A stretch of DNA of 64,000 nucleotides, from the NCBI RefSeq assembly GCF_009914755.1, contig NC_060935.1; one strand, 5' to 3'. The stretch is from the human T2T-CHM13v2.0 reference genome, Homo sapiens. Of the stretch, positions 37,201 to 51,337 are shown in pieces. Within the stretch, counting starts at the first letter, position 1, and the number at the start of each line of letters is the position of its first letter. The notes beneath the pieces were generated by a model. That model searched no databases. It was given only the letters and a program-made list of their open reading frames with translations, and was not told the DNA's origin. The translations under genes and the position numbers were made by a program.

Positions 37201-39357
37201 GAATTGTAGCATTATATCATGTGGTGTAATAGGAAAGTATTTAATCAAATAATTTTATTGATTAAAAACATTGTAAACCAAGAGTATCATAATAGCTCTA
37301 GATTTTTAAATGCTAATTTCAAAGCTGAATTAGTCACTTTGAAAACTCAAATCTTTTCTGCTGTGAGTTCTTATTCTTGTTACCTAATTTTAGTGAATGT
37401 CAGTGTCCTAATCATAAATGGACATAATAAGCCCTCCCATATCTGTTTACAAGTTGATCACAGACCCACAAGTTTACATTTGCCAATAAAATACCAAAAA
37501 CCTTCATTTTTCTATGGCTTTTCTGTCAAGGTACCATTCAACACTCACATTTTTATTTTAAGAACTATTATTAAGAATCTTATTTGCTCTAGAGTGTGTT
37601 ATGGTAGCCATTCTGTGCAGACAAATGACTATGTATTAGAAAATGCTAATTTAATTTTTTTCTCAAAACATGTGTAAGAACTGCTTTTTCTATTCTTCCT
37701 CAGAAACTGGTCTTTAATAAGATGTCCTTATTGAAGATTATTTTAAAATTCCTAAAATTAGTGTGGTTTAACTTCCAAACATTGAATTGCTTTTGTCCTG
37801 GTATAGTTTTTAAAACTTTAGAATCAATCACATTGACTTTGATTTGCCAACTCTATTAAATATATGACTGCAGTGAATTTTTTACTTGCTTTTCACATAG
37901 AAAAACAGGAATTAGTATCTACTTCCAGGAAGCCTGGCATAGAGTAGGTATGTTAGTAGCTAGTGTAACTATTTTCATTCATTTCCTTTTCTCTCTTTTC
38001 TCTTTTCTAAACATTTAGAAGGTCAAAAATAGTTTGTGAATGAAGTTTGACTAATTTTTATTATAGGGTATTTGCATGGAATGCAAAAAAATTTACAGTG
38101 ACCTGAATAATCCTGATGATAGTAACAGGAACAATGAATACAGCCAATGGAAGACTTCAATATGCAATCACTTTGCAAGTGAGGCAGCAAATACCAAGTC
38201 AGTATTACAAAACTTGTCCGTTGTTTTTACAGAAGTCATAGAAATTAAAGTTGAAGGCCTCTCATGTTGAGAAGCCAGCTCAGTTCCTTAATCTTTCATA
38301 TAATATATATGACACTCAAATGTAATTAATGAAACTTTATAAAATTTGTCTCTGACACTTAGTCTAATATAATTTGCCTTTTCAATGGTCTTTTTGTAAA
38401 AAGTCAAAATCTCAATTTTATAAAAAATTTTAAAATTTGCATTAAATCGTATCTGTGTTCACAGCACTTTTAGAGAATTAATTGAGAATCCTTGGAGCAC
38501 TGATAGTCTAAAACTCATTAGGGCCACCTACAGGATAAATGTATAGCCACGAATACCTCAGTATTGGCACTCCATTCCTCTTCCTTTTTCCAAACACACC
38601 TCCTATAAGCTCAACATTGCCACTTATTCAGAACAGACTTAAGACTGGGAAACATAAGTCCAGGAGACAAATCAACCACAGCGTTTTACTTCTAATTGTA
38701 TAGCTTTTATTCTCCTGTCTTGAGCCTTTTCCTCACTCCTCCCCAATAACTAAACCAAGCTATTATATTTAACATACGTAAGATACAAGATCAGTGTCCA
38801 GAATCTCTTATGTACTATCTCTTTTGATAGTTTCAGGTACTCTATTTCCCTCCAACACTTTAAAATAATGCTTTTTAGGGAATAATTTTTGAAATATTTT
38901 TCAGGTGTTTGTGTGTGGGTACATATAGCTCACATTCTACCTACTCAACATGTCTCAGGAGGTTAAAAAAAAAAAAAAGAAAAATAACTTTCTGAGTAGT
39001 TTGCCAAGTTTCTCTGCCAACTCTATTACCACGTGTTATCTTTATGAAGTCTATGAAGTCTTTCAGGAGAAATCCCCTTAGGATTGGGTATATCTCTACC
39101 TTGTTTTGGCTCCTCTTAAGTTTAGAGTCAAATGTGTAGCCAACTTCCAATAATTTACAACAATATATAGTGTATATTCCTAAATACTTGTTTTGCCCTG
39201 CAGCCTTCTCACCATGCTTATTTTGTCTTCACCTAGAATTCCTCAACTATTGTTTTATTTGTTTACTTATTATTATTGAGGCAGATACATATTTTAAGCT
39301 ACCTCAAATACTTTGTGGAACAATACAGGGATGAAAAGAGTAACTGAAGAATGTCAA

Positions 39358-39442
39358 GAAGGAAGGAAGACAAGGCAAAAAGGAAGAGGAAGAGGAAGGA
39401 AGGGAGGGAAAGGGAAGAAAAAAGGAAGGAAATAAAGGAAAA
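39358..39442. repeat. GA-rich (GGAA-like) low-complexity tract
   Basis: Read directly from the sequence. Confidence 0.85.
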
Positions 39443-41195
39443 ATCTAAAGTCTGTGTGTATGTGTGTTCATGTATTAATAGCTCCCATTTAGAGAAATAG
39501 TGTGAAGTGCTACATGGTAAATGTTCATGGTATGTTTTTGGTCACTCATGAGTGTGGCTGTGACAAGCTGAGCTTTGAGGATTTGGGCTTATATACCTAT
39601 TTGGTGACCCAGACTCCTGTGAGCTATGAAAAGTTGGCCCAAGTAGGTATGATTAATTCATTTATATATGTATATCCTTTACAGTTTTTCTGCATAACCA
39701 GTACCTAACACAGTTTTTAATATATAGTATGCATTGAATAAATATTTGTTAAATAAATTCATAAAATGGTTCATTTTACATCTGATCAATATGGCTCAAA
39801 TCTCATATCCCAAGTCTACACTCCATCATCTAAAGCTCTTAATAACATCTATTATTGTATGTTTTTCATAGTTTTTTTTTTTTTTTTCGTAGTTCTTCTA
39901 GGATGAATAGGTGCAGTAATTCTCCAAGCTACAGTTCTAGTTACAGCTCTTCTTTTAAACCCTGTGTGAGCTTCTTAACTCAGAAAAAGAAAGGTCAGAG
40001 CAAAGACAAAGTCTAGGGCCCTGTGACTTTTGATCACAAAATTTCTCATCTTGTTTCTTAAGTTGAGTATTTGTAAATGTGCCTTATAGTAAGTCCAGAA
40101 AGATATTTACTTCAGTGTGTAATTTGAACCTGAATTTTAGAGTCTTCGTATTGTGATTTTTATTTTTACTCCCTTTTATTCCTGTAAAGGTATAAAATAG
40201 AACACACGAACATGTATTTTTGACCTTGTGTAATTGCAATAAAACAATTCAAGCCCATATCTATAAAAGCACTTGGTCTTTTTTCCATTTATCTTCTTGG
40301 TACATGTAACGTGTCATCTATTAAAATAACATGATAGACACTGAACCTGCACATACATCCACCGAAGTATTTCAAAGTTCTCTGATTAAATACCTCCAAA
40401 GAAATTAACTCCTTTCTCTTCTTAGTGAGAGATGAACAAACAGTTAAATTTTCACTCAGGCTATTCAGTCTAACCACCATCCCCATCAACCAAGAATTTT
40501 TTTACATAAACCATTCTGCCTTAGATCAACCATCATCTTGCTTGGTACAGGGACCACTTTTACATTGTAGATAATAATGTTTCACTTTTCTTTATGGTAG
40601 GAAAGAGTTAAGTGAGAAATGTACATACCCCATGAAAGTACAGACTTCTTTTTAGTATTTATATGTCTTCAAGAAAGAAAAAAAAATCTACTCACAATAT
40701 AAAAAAATCTATTTATCTTTGGGCTTCTGGTGCTAAAGTTCCCAGGAAATAATGACACAGAGACAATTCTATGAGGAAATGTTGAATTTTGCTTGTATTA
40801 AAAGCTGGTACAAAATAAAGCAATTGGAGTGAAGTATCATCTTTTGGGTCATTGGGATCTCAAAACACAATTTAGGTCATAGTTATTCTATAATTTTCTT
40901 TTCTTTGTGTGTTTAATTTCTAGGGCATGCCTGTACTTCAATTCCTCAGAAATAGGCATTAATTTAGGACTGTTTTCTATTAATCTTGTAAATACAATAG
41001 GTTGATTTGAAATGTCACAAAAATAAGCATAATATAAACTTGTAGTAAATGGATTGAAATGGATATTTATGTTTTAGAGACCATTTTAAAAATTCAGTTA
41101 AAATAAATTGATATCCCAATGACCTTCCAGAATTTGTAGATTCGATGAAGATGAAAAGAGGAAAGTGAAACCACATAATCCCTAGAGATATTAAA

Positions 41196-41466
41196 ATCAA
41201 GCATGGTGGCTTTCCCCTATAATCCCAGTACTTTGGGAAACAGAGGCCAGAGGATTGCTTGAGACCAGTGTTGGCAACATAGCGAGACTCTGTCTCTACG
41301 AAGAATTTGAAAAATTAGCTGAGTATATTGGCATGTATCTGTAGTCCCAGCTACTCGGGAGGCTGAGACTGGAGGATTTCTTGACCCCAGGATTTACAGA
41401 CTGCAGTGAGTTATGATCACATCCTGCACTCCAGCCTGGGCAACAGAGGGAGGAGGCTCTCAAAAT
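41196..41466 (+). mobile_element. Degraded AluJ
   Basis: ggattgcttgagaccag, gtagtcccagctactcgggaggctgag and gcactccagcctgggcaacagag. Confidence 0.9.
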
Positions 41467-43280
41467 ATACATTAAAGTCCTGCCACAACCACTGCCTAAC
41501 TATCTTGTATTGTATTTCTAGGAGTAAAGTAAAAGGAAGTCAAATTAGAAATCTTGCCATGCTTTGATTTCATATTAAGATCATTTTTTGGAAAAAAAAG
41601 CCTCTAAGAATCAGTCCTTTTGAGTTTAAAGCCATGATTTGCATATATTTGTTTGTTTGTTACAGACAATCATGTGTATGTTGTATTATCTCATACATAA
41701 GAAATTCAAAAAGAGACAAGCATAATATTTGGTAATAGAAATCAGAGCAGTAACCTTGTAGGTACATATATTTGAAAATGACTGCCTTGATTTTTACTGC
41801 TACTGAAGTTAGTGTATATATTTTTAAAGTAACAATCCCCCAGAAAAGTAGAACTAGAATTGCTCTTTTTCTTTTGTCCTGCTACTTTATGAAAAGCTTA
41901 ACTGTTTATAAAGAAACATTGAATTTTGTATAAAATCTTAAACACATTCTGCAATAATGAATACTTCTCTGTTTCTTTATTTGGTGTCATGTCTTCACTA
42001 CTTATTAGACCCCCATGATTTTGGATGTGTTTAAGAAGATTTGGTTATACATTCAGCAAAATAATTAGTAAATTCTTACCCATCTCAAAAATATAATGTA
42101 TAGAATTTTTCTTAGATTGTTATAGACTAGTAATTTATCTCCTTCATATCCACTAGTGTATTTTCTTGAGTGTTCAGTTTATTTGTCAAATTAATATTAA
42201 ATTTGAAGCTCTACCTTGTATTGCTACAAAGCATATTATTTTAGCATGAAATAATTAAAATATATTTTAAAAATCTATTTTACAATTTGTGCCTAATGGA
42301 AGAAATGGCAGAACATTTCTAAGAAGCATTTCTTATCATGGAAACATGATTTACAGACCCAGAATTCTGGGACAGTTTATTTATAAAAATATTGAACTCC
42401 TACCATTTGCAATAAAGTAGTCTAAAAGTTGTCTTATTGATCAACCTATCCCAGGAAAAAGGAAAGGAGCGTAAGTACTGAGATATAAATAGTTTAATAA
42501 GCAATAATAGAATTACAATTTAAATTACACATCATTCCCTTTTGGACCATTTTCTTTTTAGGAAAATCTTTTCAAATTGTGTAAATGCAACATAGTTTAA
42601 GGGAAGGCCATTGATCTCCAATACTATAATCCCTTTTACATAGAAGTGAATATTTCGTTAACTAATACTCCCAGACTAATCAAAATGGATGAGAGTAGTT
42701 AATTCACAGAGCCCATTCTAGGCTTTCATAAAATGAAAGTCACATAACTTTCTTATTCACATTTATAGAAAAAGAATGCTTTTTCTATTTTTACTATATT
42801 TTGTTAGAGCATACAAGCCTCTCTAATTTGGCATGCTCATGCTTGGTTTTACACATCATTCTTAGCCTGACATATAATGAAGAAGCCGGTGGGACACCAA
42901 GTCCTCTAACCAGTTCTGTTTCTCTTTTCACTATGAGAGAATGGGCGTTATTGGTAGTAGAAATATCACTACGTAGGAAATATTATAAAAAATGACTCTT
43001 TGTGTTAAAAATGCTATACTCCCTAGCGTCTATACTGGCAACTTGAATGGACTGTAAATAAAAATAAAGAGTGTGGTTTTTCTATGGGTGGTATAGATTT
43101 ATTTCCATTGTGGTATTTAAAATTAGATGATGTAGATATATGTTAAAGCCTTCTTGTCACTGATTAACAAACAAAAGACACCTTGTGAAGATAACGATAG
43201 AAAGTAAGTACAAGTTACAATCATAGCAATTCTTTACATTCTTTTCTGCCTTGGATCTAAATGTTTTATTATGTTGACAG

Positions 43281-43376
43281 ATCTGGGAAATTTTAGTGGC
43301 CGGACAAGAAGTGCAGTCTCTGTGAGGGAAGGCCAGGGTGTCGTTCTGATGTGCTCTCCTCCGCCACATTCACCAG
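43281..43376 (+). CDS. CNTN5: Internal coding exon of contactin-5 (96 nt, phase 1-1; start of Ig-like domain 2; probably exon 7 of the main transcript)
   Basis: Acceptor ttttattatgttgacag|AT at 43280/43281 and donor CCAG|gtacag at 43376/43377. Translation xAT CTG GGA... gives (Y)[31 protein letters not shown](E), which I recognise as contactin-5 (contactin-family motif [12 protein letters not shown]). The exon number is from memory. Confidence 0.96.
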
Positions 43377-44436
43377 GTACAGTAGGATCTCATTCTTTGC
43401 TGCTGCTGCTGCTCTCTTTTGCTATGTGTTCATTCTTTTAGACAGTATATTGATGGGAGAACATTTCAGGTGAAATGTGCATGGTTTTCTTGACATCTAT
43501 CAGAGTGCCAGATGAGTAATTCAAGATCACGTACTCTAAATATCATTAGACAGGATACTGAACTCCAATAAGATTGTTTTATTGCCATTCTAACTGTTAA
43601 CTGTCACGGTTATGCCTCTGTCTTCCATCAGTGAAGAATATATTGCCTAGAGCACAAAGGAAGCGATAAACTGAGAGAATGAAAACTTTTCAAAATAGTT
43701 TGGAGTATCAGAGTTGAGTTAACTGAATACCAATATGCGTCTTGTTTCAAAAGATAAACTGGATACTTAGTTGTTTATGGTGCTCTTTGCCACACTGGAA
43801 TTAGAACTTCTAAGAAATGCTTTTTTTGAGTTTCAAACAAAACTGCAATTTAGTTAGTACTTTTTGGCTCTTTGAGGTCTTGTTTGTAAAAGTCATGGTG
43901 AGTACTTTATGTGGCTTGAGGAAGCAGAAAACTAAGCTCTGCTCAGATTAATTATACGTCCTTTTGCAAGCTTACACCTAATTATATCTATTTTGTTTGA
44001 GTTTCATAATTTGAGATGAGTACTCCTTTGGAACTTAGTATAGCTTTACTATAAGTTAAGAGTGACCAGCATCAGTTAAAGAGAGAGAGAAAGAGAAAGA
44101 GCACAAGGAAGAACCAAGGAATGAAGGCCTTAATTAACAACTGGTAACAGAATTGAAGGTCTTGGTATGTCAGTAATTTTTTCTTCTTTAATTAGAGTGA
44201 TGGCCATATTTGTTTCTAGGTTATATTATCAGGGTAGTAATGGAGCACAATTTGGCTCTACTGTACATATTTTTTTAATAACAAAATGGCCTACATTGAT
44301 TTTCTTAAGACTTCTTTATCTTTATCTGATCCCCCTTCTATATTTTTAATCGAAAGTATGCTGCATATCAACAGGGACATATTTTTGAAAACACTTTTAT
44401 TTGAAACTCAGATAATAATTACAATTAGGGTAATTA

Positions 44437-44483
44437 TTGTTTGAGTTGTACCCCTCCAATTGTTGAGTTGTACCGCTCCAATT
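44437..44483. repeat. Tandem duplication of ~22 bp (ttgagttgtacc(c/g)ctccaatt)
   Basis: Read directly from the sequence. Confidence 0.85.
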
Positions 44484-45934
44484 CCTGTACACCAGTCCAG
44501 TTATTCTAATCTTTCTGTGAAAGGTTTGGGAAGTTTACATTAAACATATCTATTCTTGCCTGCATCTAAATCCAGATTTAGGTTCTTTCAAGACAACATC
44601 TGTTTTAATTTTTTTAATGGATAAGACAAAAATTTTTATTACATTTAGGGAAAGTGTATAGCATTAATATAAGTCATGTCTCATATTGGTTATTAAACAG
44701 ATTTCATCCAAGGGGGTTATTAGTTGAATAATTGTTAGAGATTGCAGAAAAGGGGAAAAGAAGGGGAAGGAGAAAGAGAATATAACAGGCTTTATAGAGG
44801 ATGACTGATCCATCACTAGACTGACAGGAGTTAACAACATAAAGTGACCCCTGTGGGAAAATAAGCAAGATTTTCTGAGATATGATCTTTATTTTAAGGC
44901 TGGGGAACGTGTATTTTTAAACAAAGTGAAATGGAAGAGGATAATATAGAAGTCAAAACTTCGGGATTACACATAAATTATCCAATTGGCAGAGAAAACT
45001 GTATACAGATTTCTGGTGGGAGAATATAGTACAATGAATTGCATATATGGTAAGATAAACATAAGATAAGAATAGGCACTAATAACTGATTAAGTAATAA
45101 TGTGATCTCTGATTGAGATCAATATATGTAAATTAAATGACTGTTCAGTAATCGTGTTTTACATCCGAACTCATCTGCTTGACCAAGGCCAACTTGATAT
45201 GTTATTACCACAGCTGCAGTCTCTCAATTGCCACATTTACAAGCTTCTTATTTTCTGAACAGCATCCACTGTCTTCTACTCACCCCTTTAGTACCCTGAT
45301 TGCAGGAGTCCTTTCATGTCATGGAAATCTACAAATCATTGATCCTACCCTATTTTCATTCTACTCCACCTCCTTTGATTCTTACTTTTCTCCTTCAGTT
45401 ATTATCATATTCTTTTATACAGCTTCAATTTTGTCATCTCTCTTTTGCTTTCGCACACTGACATTCCAGTTTGCAAAACCCTAATCACAATATAGATCCA
45501 ACTCTTAGCCTACTTCACATATGAATCTATTCAGTTTAATATTACTGTTTAACAATCCCAAAAACCAAAGCACACATACAAAACAAATGAACAAAAAACC
45601 AGTTATACAGACTGCTGTCAATTTAAAATAAAAATGATGAACTTTACATCTTAATGTTAACTAGAATTTTTTTAAAAACCTATTATTTTTACTATACTTT
45701 TGTCAAATGTTTTATGTGTCTTCCCCAGTCTCACTCTCAGGTGATAAACATGCATCCTATTACGTTGTGAAAGAGAAAGCAATTAGAAAATAACCTCCAC
45801 AAGCTCTCATCACCAAGTCACACACCAATTAGCATTTGTAGCCATACACTCTGACTTCCCAGTTTTTAGTATATATTATAGTATATAGTACAGTATATGG
45901 TACAGTATAGCATAGTGTACTATAGTAGAGTATA

Positions 45935-46429
45935 AGTCAGATACAAAAGAATTTCCTTTTCAAAGGTTTGGCTTATTCAGCATCCCTGTTCTTCGTCCCC
46001 TACTTCCAAGGCCACACTAACTTCCTTATCCTTTGTTCCTCCCTATTTTAATTTCAGTAAACAACTTTCCCAACAGTCCTTATTTACAGAGCCCACATTT
46101 GCTACCCACTCTGTAAATTACCCCTCCCATCGCAACAGCTTTTCCTGCTGAAACCGCCCTTCCTGCCAGTGTAACCACATTCCTGCACCTTTCAAGTTAG
46201 CCAGCCAGGTTCAGCTTAGATTGTGCAGTCCAACTCCAGCCAGTGGAGGCAGGACACAGTAGCAGGGATAAGCTGCATTAAGGATAAAAACCCCTTCCCG
46301 CCTTTGTTTGGTGTGCTCTCATGACCAGACTTGGGAGCAGCATTCTTCTGCAGAAGCAAATTTTGCCTTGCTGAGAAATCCTTTCTTTACGTGCTCTTTT
46401 TCTTGCGACTCCAAGCTTTACTTCCAACG
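45935..46429 (+). mobile_element. Solo ERV1 LTR, LTR10 family (HERVIP10)
   Basis: cagcttagattgtgcagtccaactccagcc...ggacacagtagcagg...ggataaaaaccccttccc...gccttgctgagaaa resembles LTR10. 5-bp TSD gtata (45930-45934 and 46430-46434) inside a (TAGTA)n-like tract. Confidence 0.8.
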
Positions 46430-46809
46430 GTATAGTATAGCATATGCATTTGTTGCAGTTCTAAGACTAATCTCTCAACTTGTGTGCGCTGTAGTTCATC
46501 TTTTTTTGCCTACTTTAAGAAATTGTTTCAGCAGTACCCCTTCTTCTGCATTTTTATCAGAGTTTGATTCCTCTTCTGGAGCAGTCCATCAACATGGAAA
46601 CCTGCTATTCTTTCCTCCATATAAAAATAAAACAAAGGAAAACTCCATCGGCCAATGCCCTCTTCATTCAGCTACTACATGATTTTTGGTTTCCCTTTAC
46701 AGTAAAACTTCAAAAACTTTGTCTTTATATACTCTATCCAATTCTATTCCTCTCAGTCAGTCTGTGTGTTTCTCTCTCTTCCCCCTATTTTTGTCTCTAC
46801 TCTCTTTCT

Positions 46810-47390
46810 AACAGATTTATTGACATGCAATTTTTATCCCATAAAATTCACGCATTTTAAGTGTACAGTTCAATGAGTTTTGGTACATTTATATAATTGT
46901 GACTTCATCACCACAACTTGAAAGATACTTCCATCATTTCAAAAAGTCATTCAATCCCTCTCCTACTCATGTCCCTAGGCAATTTTTGCTATGCTTTCTG
47001 TCTCTGTAGTTTTGACTTTTCTAGAATATTTATTTTATTTTATTTTATTTTATTTTATTTTATTTTATTTTATTTAAGACATGTTTTTGCCATGTTACTC
47101 AGGCTGTTCTTGAACTCCTAGGCTTAAGTGATCCGCTCACCTATAATCCCAAAGTGCTGGGATTATAGGCATGAGCCACTGGGTCCAGCCAGAAATTTCA
47201 TTTTAATGCAATCATACAATCTGCAATCTATGTATGTGCACGTCTGTGGGTGTTTGGTTTCTTTTACTGGGCAGAATCTGAGATTCATCTGTATCATGGC
47301 ATGTATCAATAGTTTGTTGCTTTATATTGCTGAGTAGTATTTCATTTTAAGGACACATTCCATTTTGTTTATCCATTTGGATTATTTTCA
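46810..47390 (-). mobile_element. Old L1 3' end (L1ME/MB) with an inserted Alu monomer (FLAM/AluJ arm, ~47030-47190, (TTTTA)n tail)
   Basis: ttttaagtgtacagttcaatgagttttgg for the L1, and ttgaactcctaggcttaagtgatccg...cccaaagtgctgggattataggcatgagccac for the monomer. Confidence 0.8.
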
Positions 47391-47894
47391 GTTCTCATGT
47401 GGGTTATTTCTTTCTCCATAAAACACTATTTTCACTTAGCTTAAAAGATTCCTCACTCTTGATATTCCTCCACTCTTTCTTCTTAATCTCCTTTGCTGAT
47501 TTGTCTCATCTCCTCAAACTCTTAATTTTATAGTCCCCCAAGTGTCAGTACTATAACTTCGTATCTCCTTAATAAACTCACACTTTGTTAGTTTTCACCT
47601 GATAATAAAGCTTTAAATATCTAAATATCTAAAATCTCCCTAACATACATCTCTAAACCAGACTCTGCCTTGTATGTATATCCAACTGCCTATCAGTATT
47701 TGGCTAATAGGCACTTCAATCTTAACCATGTCTAAATCTGAACTCCTGGTTATTTCTTCCCCAAACCTTCTCTAGCTACAGTCTTTTCCACCTCTATTAA
47801 TAGAAATTTCATTCTGTACATCAGGCCTCAGAGCCATTCTTCACTTCTCACTTTCTCTACACCCTACATACAAACCATCAGTAATTTTACTGGT

Positions 47895-48123
47895 GTCAGC
47901 CCACTTTCTGGTCCATAGACAACTTCTTGCTGTGTACTCACATGGTGGAAGGGGCCAGACAGCTCTCTTGGGCCTTACTTATAAGTACACTAATCTCATT
48001 CATGAGAGCTTCACTCTCATGACTTGATCACTTACCAAAACACTTGCCAACTAATACCAGCACATTGGCAGTTAGGATTTCAACATACTACTTTTGAGGG
48101 GATATAAACATTCAGACCATAGA
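47895..48123 (-). mobile_element. MaLR LTR fragment (MLT1A0-like)
   Basis: ctcattcatgagagcttcactctcatgac...gatttcaacatac...aaacattcagaccatag. Confidence 0.75.
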
Positions 48124-48124
48124 A

Positions 48125-48417
48125 GGTGGTATTTGGAGATGGGGCTTTTTTTTAGTTTTATATGAGGCCTTGAGGGTTGGGCCTTTATGATAAGATTAAT
48201 GACTTTATTAGAAGAGACACCAGAGAGCTCTCTTTCTCTACTGAATGTGAGAAAACAAAGAAGGTGTCCATCTGCAAACCAGAAAGAAAGCCCTCATCAG
48301 AAACCAACCATGCTGTCACCTAATCCCAGACTTCCAGCCTCCATAACTGTGGGAAAATAAATTTCTGTTGTTTAAGTCATCCAGTCTGTGGCACGTTGTT
48401 ATGGCAACTTGAGCACA
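48125..48417 (+). mobile_element. MaLR LTR fragment (MLT1A-like)
   Basis: gtatttggagatggggc...gacttccagcctccataactgtgggaaaataaatttctgttgtttaag. Confidence 0.8.
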
Positions 48418-49258
48418 CTCATGCACCATCTCATTCAGCTTAATATCAAAGCCAAAGTCCCTACCATCGCTTGGAGAACCCTCGCCATTTGCCTCCAATT
48501 GATCTGTCTGAACTCAGCTACTGCTTTCCCTCCTACTCTCTTTCTTGTAGTTATTGTCATTTCCTTGATGTCTCAAACAACCAGACAAGCTCCTACCTTA
48601 AGGCCTTTGCAGTCGCTATTCCCTAGGCCTGGATCATGTATATCCCAGGTATATGAATGGCTCACTCCCTCACATCCATATCTTTCTTTAAATATCACCT
48701 TAGTAAAACCTTTTACAATCTTCCTCTTTTGATTTCTACTCCACAATTCGTTTCTCCATCTTTGCTTTATTTTTCTCCGTAGTACTCACAGCATTACATA
48801 TACTGCCTTAATTTTTCTCCATAATGCTCCTAGCATTCCATATACTGCACGCATTTACTTACTTCGTTGTTCATAGTTTGTCTCCTTCGGTTACAATGCA
48901 AATTCTACTAAGACATAAATTCTGCAGGTTTTGTTCACTGTTATTACCCCATTGCCTAGGACAGAGTATGAGCTCAAAAATATTTATTGAATGAATCTAT
49001 GTATAATATTCAGAAATATATGAAATGAGCCCAGGTTTTAATAAATATCAGAAACTTTGATGGAAAAGTCATAAATAAGAATAGGAAAAAAACAGATCAG
49101 CTATGTAACAAGAAAACCTTTCTTAAAATTTACCTTTTTCTCATAATTATATTGTGAAATGGTGCATTAATTTTAGTGTCTTGCTTATTTGCTTAAAAGA
49201 AGAACTTTGAAACTCTCTTGGGAAAATATAGTCAAAAAAGCTTGCTGAAGAAACAGAA

Positions 49259-49620
49259 TATATTAGTCCATTTTCGTATTGCTGTGAAGAAATACCTGAT
49301 ACCGGGTAATTTATAAAGAAAAAGAGGTTTAATGGACTCACAGTTTCACCTGGCTGGAGGGCCTCACAATTATGGCAGAAAGTGAAGGAGGGGCAAAGGT
49401 GCGTCTTACGTGGTGGCAGGCAAGAGAGCATGTGCAAGGGAACTGCCCTTTCTAAAGCCACCAGATCTTGTGAGACTTATTCACCATCATGAGAACACAA
49501 TGGGAAAAATTCACCCCCATGATTCAGTTACCTCTCACTGGATCCATCCCACAACACGTAGGGATTATGAAAGCTACAAGTCAAGATGAGATTTGAGTGG
49601 AGACACACCAAACCAAATTA
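49259..49620 (-). mobile_element. Solo MaLR LTR, THE1 family (THE1B/C-like)
   Basis: tattagtccattttc...gggtaatttataaagaaaaagaggtttaatggactcacag...gagacacaccaaacc. TSD cagaa/cagag. Confidence 0.92.
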
Positions 49621-50874
49621 CAGAGGAAGTGAGAAAAGAATAATCCAGGGTGAAGTTTCTGATCTGACATTTATTAGCAATGACTTCAACAACTGCCTTT
49701 GTTTGGGTGGAATGAGATTGATATTATGAAATTAGTAAATAACCTGATACGTGCTAGAAATCTTAGACCCAAGTTTCTGTTTCATCCAAATAGTCATGTA
49801 GATTATCATAGCATACTTGTTCAACTGATGCTTGATTGCATTTTGTTTCCCAATCTTGTTTTACTTCCGTTTTTCAAATCATAATTAGTTTGTTATTTTA
49901 TCTATTGGAACAATACAATGTAAAGTGTCAGGAGTCAAATTTTATTATTTTTATCTTTCCAAGTAGATTATATGTTCTTTCAGTATATGAAGCTTACCAC
50001 CTTCCACTTCATATTCCCAATACGTAGCACAGTGTCTGATCCTTACTAGGTGTTCATTAAACGCATGTTAAATAACTGAGTGAAATGCAGATTCTAACAG
50101 TTGAGTTTTGCAAGGTTTTAGACAGTTTCTGTCAGCCTTCTGGTATTAGCTCATTGTATCCTATATTCATGACAGATATTTGGGTCACTTAATATCACAT
50201 TCATGTATTGCTATTTCAAATTGTAGCAGCTACTATGATTCAGTGGAAGCTGTATGAAATGATAAAACAGTTTACACATCAGAGAATATTAAAAATTATT
50301 CAGAAACAGCCCACAGATCCATTTTCTTATTACCTCAAATAGATGTGCAATGCCCATTTTTCTTCAAATAAAAGCAAAAGCTTGAATTGACTTGATAGCT
50401 AAATTTCTCAGTTTTCTTCCCAAGAGATCAATATTAATCTCTGTCAGCAACATATGTACATGAAAATACCTTGTTTGGATACTGAGGTGGTTATTCATCT
50501 ATAAGACAATAAATATATATATTTAAAATGTTAAGCACACCTAGCCCAAATGAGTTTTGATTGCCAAAAAACGTGTTTTTCAGTTTAGTAATTTTGAAAT
50601 TGAGGGTTATATTGTAAAGGAAGGCTTTGTGAAAATGTAGAAATAGCCTCATAAAACCTATAAACCTATATAAAGTTATTTTACTATTTAGAAGCTATCA
50701 TTTATAGATACTTTCTACATAAATAAGTCATTTATTACTATTTTACTTACATATTTGACTTTATTATGTACAGAAATATTCAAAAGCTTACGTTGAAGTG
50801 GTTTATTTACTTTGGGGTATATACCCAGTAATGGGATTGCTAGGTTGAATGGTAATCTAGTTTTAGTTCTTTGA

Positions 50875-51337
<463 letters not shown>

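Larger units (their letters stand above)
45160..49000 (+). mobile_element. Fragmented L2 serving as host for nested LTR10, old L1, Alu monomer and MLT1A insertions
   Basis: L2-like tatccaactgcctatcag...catgtctaaatctgaactcctg, aggcctttgcagtcgctattccc, and terminal tttattgaatgaat at ~48995. Confidence 0.7.

Noticed and set aside
37219-37677. 152-aa ORF in unique sequence (likewise 63120..63539)
   Set aside because: Non-ATG start, low-complexity AT-driven composition, and no recognisable domain or splice structure.
38076-38270. 64-aa ORF MECKKIYSDLNNPDD... as an independent microprotein or a CNTN5 exon
   Set aside because: It has no similarity to contactin or any protein I recognise, and it is not in the CNTN5 phase-1 frame.
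42324-43822. 12-nt complementarity (aagcatttctta / taagaaatgctt) flanking the coding exon
   Set aside because: Too short and AT-rich to exceed chance expectation.
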